A stretch of 64,000 nt of DNA from assembly GCA_026016205.1 (NCBI GenBank), contig CP061209.1:33685-97684 (forward strand). The letters run 5' to 3'. Shown here one piece after another: positions 59,343-64,000 of this stretch. Source of the stretch: Methanosarcinales archaeon. Its GTDB lineage: Archaea; Halobacteriota; UBA148; JAUWXC01. The position numbers and the translations under genes are program-made. The notes beneath the pieces were generated by a model, which ran no database searches, had not been told where the DNA came from, and saw only the letters and a list, made by a program, of their open reading frames with translations. Position 1 is the stretch's first letter, and the number at the start of each line of letters is the position of its first letter.

Positions 59343-60521
59343 TTGAAGGCATGCATTATGTGTGGCGGGGTTGGCACCAGGCTGCGCCCACTCACATTTG
59401 AGAGGCCCAAGCCCAATATTCCTCTTTTGAACAAACCATCGATAGGGCATTTAGTCGAGCAGTTATCTGCCAAGGGATTTGATGACATAGTGATAACCTT
59501 GGGCTATCTTGGGGAAAAAATTGAAGAATATCTTGGAGATGGTTCGATTTTTGGCGTGTCAATCAAGTACGTATACGAGAAAGAAAGACTTGGTACTGCT
59601 GGCAGCGTTAGGAACGCGAAGAAGCATTTAGAGGATGCACCTTTTTTAATCGTTGGAGGAGATCACGTACTCGACTTGAATCTGCGAGAATTCTATCATT
59701 TTCACAAGCAGCATGGCGGTGTCATCACGATAGGCCTTCTTCCCATCGACGATCCCAAGGAATACGGCATTGCAAGCATAGATGTGGGCAACAGGGTCAC
59801 AAGATTCAGGGAGAAACCACCTTCAGGGCAAATCTTCAGCAATTTAGCGAGTACGGGAATCTATGTATGTGATTCAGAGGTATTTGACTGGATACCGGCA
59901 GTGGGACGATACGATTTTGCCAAAGACCTGTTTCCAGCTTTGTTGCAAGCCAACGAACCCGTCTATGGGTGGCTGGCAAGGGGGCCCTGGACGGATCTTG
60001 GAAATCCAAGGGATTATAGAGCAGCATCTAAATGGATGCTCGAAAATCTGCAGGGTACCGAGATAGCAGGGGATTTGCATCTTGAGAAGGCGAGGCTGAT
60101 GGGGCCAATGGTGCTAAAGCATAACGTCTCGCTTGGGCAAAATTCTGCCATTATCGGACCGGTAGTGATTGGCGAGAATACGAAGATTGGGGCCAACGTT
60201 TTAATTGGACCCTATACCACGATTGGAGATAATTGTGAGATTCAGGATAACTCCCAGGTTTTATCGTCGTACATCTATAATGATGTTAAGGTCGGGAGCA
60301 GCACGTCTGTATGTGGCGCGATAATTGATAATGACACTGTCATAGGAAACAAGTGTACGCTTGAAAATGGAACTGTTATCGGCCCCAGGGCTAAGGTTCA
60401 GGATAAAGTGACCATTCATTCAGATGTCCTACTCTGGCCCGAAGTCGTCATAGAATCCGGAGCAGAGATCCTAAAAGATGTATTGAACAAGGCATTCGAA
60501 ACTTCTACGACCGGGTCATAG
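59343..60521 (+). CDS. Sugar-1-phosphate nucleotidyltransferase with a left-handed beta-helix C-terminus (GlmU / NDP-sugar pyrophosphorylase-like)
   Basis: 'MKACIMCGGVGTRLRPLTFERPKPNIPLLNKP' is present. The C-terminal hexapeptide repeats read 'IGPVVIGENTKIGANVLIGPYTTIGDNCEIQDNSQV'. The start codon is TTG, as in the track. Confidence 0.8.
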   Translation: MKACIMCGGVGTRLRPLTFERPKPNIPLLNKPSIGHLVEQLSAKGFDDIVITLGYLGEKIEEYLGDGSIFGVSIKYVYEKERLGTAGSVRNAKKHLEDAPFLIVGGDHVLDLNLREFYHFHKQHGGVITIGLLPIDDPKEYGIASIDVGNRVTRFREKPPSGQIFSNLASTGIYVCDSEVFDWIPAVGRYDFAKDLFPALLQANEPVYGWLARGPWTDLGNPRDYRAASKWMLENLQGTEIAGDLHLEKARLMGPMVLKHNVSLGQNSAIIGPVVIGENTKIGANVLIGPYTTIGDNCEIQDNSQVLSSYIYNDVKVGSSTSVCGAIIDNDTVIGNKCTLENGTVIGPRAKVQDKVTIHSDVLLWPEVVIESGAEILKDVLNKAFETSTTGS

Positions 60522-60956
60522 GTCTACAATAGAGTGTTTTATTTCGTCTTTGTTCACTGCAGCTGCGTCGATCACGCTCTTTTTCACCCTTATTTTCGCA
60601 TCCGCCCGGAGCGCTAATGCGATACAATCGCTTGGTCTTGCATCCAATTCTTTCTTATTTCCATCCACTTGGACGATTAAACGTGCATAATAAATTCCAT
60701 CCTCTAGGTCATCAATTACAACGCCGTCAATCTTGGCATTCAGCTTTTTCAACAGCGAAATCACGAGGTCATGGGTCATCGGTCTTGGTGTGGTTTCATT
60801 GTGCAGTGCACCACCGATTGCGATAGCCTCACCAATTCCGACATAAATGGGCAGCATTTTATTCTCATATCCAAGCATAACTACAGGTGCAGCTCCGGGG
60901 GGAGAGGGCACCATATACACACCTTCAACAGTGACTGGAACCGTGTCGCTCATCAC
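60516..60956 (-). CDS. Bifunctional nuclease family protein (DUF151 / BFN)
   Basis: 'VVMLGYENKMLPIYVGIGEAIAIGGAL....PRPMTHDLVISLL' and 'IYYARLIV......ELDARPSDCIALALRADAKI' fit the BFN pattern. Confidence 0.75.
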   Translation of the reverse strand: MMSDTVPVTVEGVYMVPSPPGAAPVVMLGYENKMLPIYVGIGEAIAIGGALHNETTPRPMTHDLVISLLKKLNAKIDGVVIDDLEDGIYYARLIVQVDGNKKELDARPSDCIALALRADAKIRVKKSVIDAAAVNKDEIKHSIVDL

Positions 60957-61043
60957 TTGTTTATGGTGTTATCTGGGTATATTAATCTGTTCCACATCTG
61001 AAAATTTTAAGCCATCCTGAATCGTTGTGATATTGGTGATAAA

Positions 61044-61559
61044 ATGTCCAAAGTGCTCATACTCATAGCCCCCAAGGATTTCAGGGATGAAGAGTTTCAG
61101 GAGTCATTTGATGCGTGCAAAAATGCAGGATTTGATGTGACGGTTGCGAGCCTGACAACTGATGTATGCGTTGGCATGTTTGGAGTCAGAGTCACACCCG
61201 ATTGCGGCATAGACGAGGTAGATGCAAGCCAATTTGATGCAATTATTGTCGTCGGTGGTTCTGGCACTCCTGTTCTGAAGCAGTATCCTAAGGTGCTACA
61301 AATTATCCAAAATGCGGCAGCGCAAAACAAGATTCTGGCAGCAATCTGTCTTGGGCCGATTGTATTTGCCAAGGCAGGCGTGCTAAGAGGGAAGAGGGCA
61401 ACGGTATTTTCGTCTGGTGTTTCTGAGATTAAAAGTGGCGGAGCAGAATATGTGCCGGAACCCGTTGTCATCGATGGAAATCTGATAACTGCCGACGGCC
61501 CAGATGCGGCTGCCAGGTTCGGAGAAACAGTCGTTAAAGCGCTTACAAACAAGTCATGA
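61044..61559 (+). CDS. DJ-1/PfpI-family protein
   Basis: 'DAIIVVGGSG' and 'ILAAICLGPIVFAKAGVLRGKRAT' (nucleophile-elbow Cys) are present, followed by 'VIDGNLITADGPDAA'. Confidence 0.8.
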   Translation: MSKVLILIAPKDFRDEEFQESFDACKNAGFDVTVASLTTDVCVGMFGVRVTPDCGIDEVDASQFDAIIVVGGSGTPVLKQYPKVLQIIQNAAAQNKILAAICLGPIVFAKAGVLRGKRATVFSSGVSEIKSGGAEYVPEPVVIDGNLITADGPDAAARFGETVVKALTNKS

Positions 61560-62579
61560 TTCCAGTGAACTCTCTATCAATCTCGTATCCCTGAGTATCT
61601 TCAGGCTGATGATGCCACCTACTACTATGTTCAAATAATATGTCATGGCCCTCCAGGCAATCACGAATATGCCAAGGATGGATAATTTGACAAACATCGT
61701 GTATAGTGAGACTATGCCCAGCTCTACGAGGCCACTGCTTCCTGGGGTGAGCGGGAGCATTATGATTATCATCAGGACAAACTGCGCCATGATGGAAAAC
61801 ATCCATATTGGATTTGCGCCCAGTCCCAGAAGGATGAGGGACGGAATCATAAACTCCAAAAGCCAGAAGGCAACGGTGCATACCATGGCAAGAGAAAGTG
61901 CAACTCTTCCTTCTTGGATAAACGTCCATAGGCTGTCGTGAAAGTGGTCAATTTCATCGTAGATTCTTTCTATGATATGGTCGACTGACTTGCTGGTGAA
62001 TTTGGGTATGATGGCTTTGATACGGGAGGCCCAGCTCTTGACATTATCAGGACAATACATGGCATAGGCTGTAAAGCCAAATACAGCACAGAACAACACT
62101 CCTGCGAGTGCAAAGGTTATGCTCAATGGCAGATTGTGCCTCATCACATCTTTGAACATGAACAGGGCAATTGGTGCAGCCAATCCCAAAAGCAGTGCAT
62201 CTAATAGTCGCTCCCCAAAAACAACTGCGGTAGCATCTCCAATCGTTATGCCGTTCCTGCTCAACAAATGTATTCTGACCGGCTCGCCTCCTGCATGGGA
62301 AGGGGTCACGGCAGCAGCAAGTAGGTTGGAAATGACAATCTCAGTGGACCTCCACAGGCTGATTTTACCGCCCAGCGATTCTGTTAGCAGTTTCATGCGC
62401 AAACCCCAAACAAACCACGAGAGAACATGGACGCCAATCGCGATGAAAAGGTAGATGGGCTGGATTTGTCTCAAACTATTGGCCGTTTCACTGTCTACGG
62501 TGAAAATTAAAATTAATAAGGCCGAGATAATACTGATTGCAAGCCCTATCGTCAACCATCTTCTTAGTCTTTCCATCAC
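61554..62579 (-). CDS. Flippase-like membrane protein (lysyl-PG synthase TM-region / UPF0104 family)
   Basis: 341 aa with about 8 TM helices. 'VISNLLAAAVTPSHAGGEPVRIHLL' and 'LPLTPGSSGLVELG' are characteristic of the family. It is adjacent to a GT2 gene, as is usual. Confidence 0.65.
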   Translation of the reverse strand: MMERLRRWLTIGLAISIISALLILIFTVDSETANSLRQIQPIYLFIAIGVHVLSWFVWGLRMKLLTESLGGKISLWRSTEIVISNLLAAAVTPSHAGGEPVRIHLLSRNGITIGDATAVVFGERLLDALLLGLAAPIALFMFKDVMRHNLPLSITFALAGVLFCAVFGFTAYAMYCPDNVKSWASRIKAIIPKFTSKSVDHIIERIYDEIDHFHDSLWTFIQEGRVALSLAMVCTVAFWLLEFMIPSLILLGLGANPIWMFSIMAQFVLMIIIMLPLTPGSSGLVELGIVSLYTMFVKLSILGIFVIAWRAMTYYLNIVVGGIISLKILRDTRLIESSLES

Positions 62580-62584
62580 GACAC

Positions 62585-63556
62585 CTACACGTTAGACCGA
62601 TGCATTTCTTTCCACTTTATACTCATATTAAATAATTGTGCGTATAACACTGCCAAGCCGCATATTTGCAGTATCCATGCATGCATAATCAATCCAAACA
62701 ATTTGATCGTAAAATCCCTTGTACCATTAGATAACTGCCACAAGCGTATGCCATATAATATCACAAGAGGGCAGAACAGGGATATGAAAAAGGGTATTAT
62801 CATTGCAGAAAACCATGTTATTTTGCCGCTCATGGGAATTTTTGCCCGTTTAAATTTAGAGAAATTCCTCAATCCCTCATAAGCTCCAGCTAGCCATCTT
62901 ACCCTTTGGTGATAATAGTCGCGTATATAAATAGGGGACTGCTCGCCTACACGTGTAGTATCTACGAAGGCTGCGGTTTTTCCCTCTAAATAGAGCTCCT
63001 GCATCAGGTCTATATCCTCACAGGCCGCAGACTCATTCAGTCGTCTGTCCGTAAAGATTCTTGCATCCAAGATGCCAATTAAACCGTTGAACTGCTTGAA
63101 TCCGTCACAGCGCTCAAGTAATCTGTACAAATCGCTCAGTATATTGTACTCTGCTGATACGATTCTCGCGGTTACGCTCGCTTCTGGATTTGTGACGTAT
63201 CTTGGCGCACTGGCGATTACAACATCATCTCTTAATGCCTTGGTACACTCAATCAGAAAATCCCTTTCTGGGCGGCTATCAACATCAAAGAAGGCAAGAT
63301 AATCGGTTTCGTATATTGAATCCAGCGCATCGTTGATTGCGCCTGCACGCCTCCCGCGCCTGCTAGGCCTGGCAATTATGTTAACATTCTTGCTTTGTAG
63401 AAACTCTACACGTGGGTCCTTGCCTGAGACATCGATGACGTAGGTCATGTGTACGTTTAGATTTCCGTGTTCTAATTGGGATAGTGATTCAAAAGACTTC
63501 TCTACCAGTGATAGCGGCTCATGCGGCGACACGGGAACGATGATATCCAATTTCAT
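62585..63556 (-). CDS. GT2 glycosyltransferase of the processive (QxxRW) type with C-terminal TM helices
   Basis: 'LDIIVPVSPHEP', 'FDVDSRP' (DxD), 'ACEDIDL' and 'QRVRWLAG' (the Q-x-x-R-W motif) are present. The C-terminus is hydrophobic. Confidence 0.75.
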   Translation of the reverse strand: MKLDIIVPVSPHEPLSLVEKSFESLSQLEHGNLNVHMTYVIDVSGKDPRVEFLQSKNVNIIARPSRRGRRAGAINDALDSIYETDYLAFFDVDSRPERDFLIECTKALRDDVVIASAPRYVTNPEASVTARIVSAEYNILSDLYRLLERCDGFKQFNGLIGILDARIFTDRRLNESAACEDIDLMQELYLEGKTAAFVDTTRVGEQSPIYIRDYYHQRVRWLAGAYEGLRNFSKFKRAKIPMSGKITWFSAMIIPFFISLFCPLVILYGIRLWQLSNGTRDFTIKLFGLIMHAWILQICGLAVLYAQLFNMSIKWKEMHRSNV

Positions 63557-63558
63557 AG

Positions 63559-63873
63559 TCAGAGCCCAAGTTGAGAGAGTATCAGGGTTACAAGGTCTGT
63601 TCCCATGCGTGCATTGGTTACCAAATTCAGGACGATTCCAATTATCGCTCCACTGATAAGGCTGCTGATGATCCTGATCTTGATTATGAGAACTGCCGCT
63701 ACGACCAGCGAAACTATCAGCGTTGCCCCGGAGCTGAGTGCTGAGAGGGTTTCAACAGAGTTTTGGAGCAGGCCTAAGAGCGTGGTGACTGCACTCACTC
63801 CAAACAATACACCAACAACCACCCCTATTGCAGTAAACAACGTATCCTTCATTTTACCATCCCCATATGTCAA
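63559..63873 (-). CDS. Small membrane protein (3 predicted TM helices)
   Basis: 104 aa with the hydrophobic stretches 'LFTAIGVVVGVLFGVSAVTTLLGLL', 'LIVSLVVAAVLIIKI' and 'ISGAIIGIVLNLV'. Its stop abuts the GT2 start. Confidence 0.5.
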   Translation of the reverse strand: MTYGDGKMKDTLFTAIGVVVGVLFGVSAVTTLLGLLQNSVETLSALSSGATLIVSLVVAAVLIIKIRIISSLISGAIIGIVLNLVTNARMGTDLVTLILSQLGL

Positions 63874-63952
63874 TTACATAGCAGGGATATTTACTTTGTG
63901 ATGCTAGGTAGGAAAGATATATCTTCTACCTTGCAGTAACTTTGCTGATACG

Positions 63953-64000
63953 ATGGTGACTATAGTTCTCCCTACCAAAAACGAGGAAAAGAGCATAGGC
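63953..64000 (+). CDS. GT2 glycosyltransferase, first 16 codons only (runs off the right edge)
   Basis: ATG at 63953 gives MVTIVLPTKNEEKSIG, the canonical GT2 N-terminal strand ('V.PT.NEE..I'). Confidence 0.5.
   Translation, partial: MVTIVLPTKNEEKSIG

Overview
Archaeal chromosomal segment. Evidence for this: an archaeal-type 16S/23S/5S operon, RNase P RNA, AglB, archaeal DnaG, archaemetzincin, and several intron-containing tRNAs. The gene content looks euryarchaeal (methanogen/ANME/Archaeoglobus-like), but I cannot assign a lineage without a database search.

Layout:
- 1-5.2 kb: partial CPA2 antiporter, an intron-containing tRNA-Arg, two KaiC-like ATPases, a PIN/KH ATPase and hisI.
- 5.2-35.9 kb: a large surface-glycan / N-glycosylation island centred on aglB. 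It holds about 12 glycosyltransferases, 3 methyltransferases, a dTDP-deoxyhexose pathway with a C-methyltransferase, a Wzx-like flippase, and Ugd/UXS plus nucleotidyltransferases. It includes a visibly AT-rich block and is interrupted by AbiE and VapBC toxin-antitoxin modules and by gene remnants.
- 36-43.3 kb: housekeeping genes (SSB, archaemetzincin, RimI, DnaG, PyrC, AMMECR1), RNase P RNA and one unassigned candidate structured RNA.
- 43.4-45.6 kb: an operon of KaiC-like protein, KaiC-like/Ras-like GTPase fusion, and Roadblock.
- 46.0-53.6 kb: a compact seven-gene cluster of four radical-SAM enzymes, a geranylgeranyl-reductase-family flavoprotein, a UbiA-like membrane protein and a cytoplasmic binding-protein-fold protein. 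I could not match it to any characterised pathway, and it is my best candidate for an undescribed system.
- 53.7-59.3 kb: rRNA operon in the order tRNA-His, 16S, tRNA-Ala, 23S, tRNA-Cys, 5S. All three of its tRNAs carry introns.
- 59.3-64 kb: further sugar-nucleotide and GT2/flippase-like genes.

All functional calls come from reading motifs in the supplied translations and the raw sequence. No searches were run.
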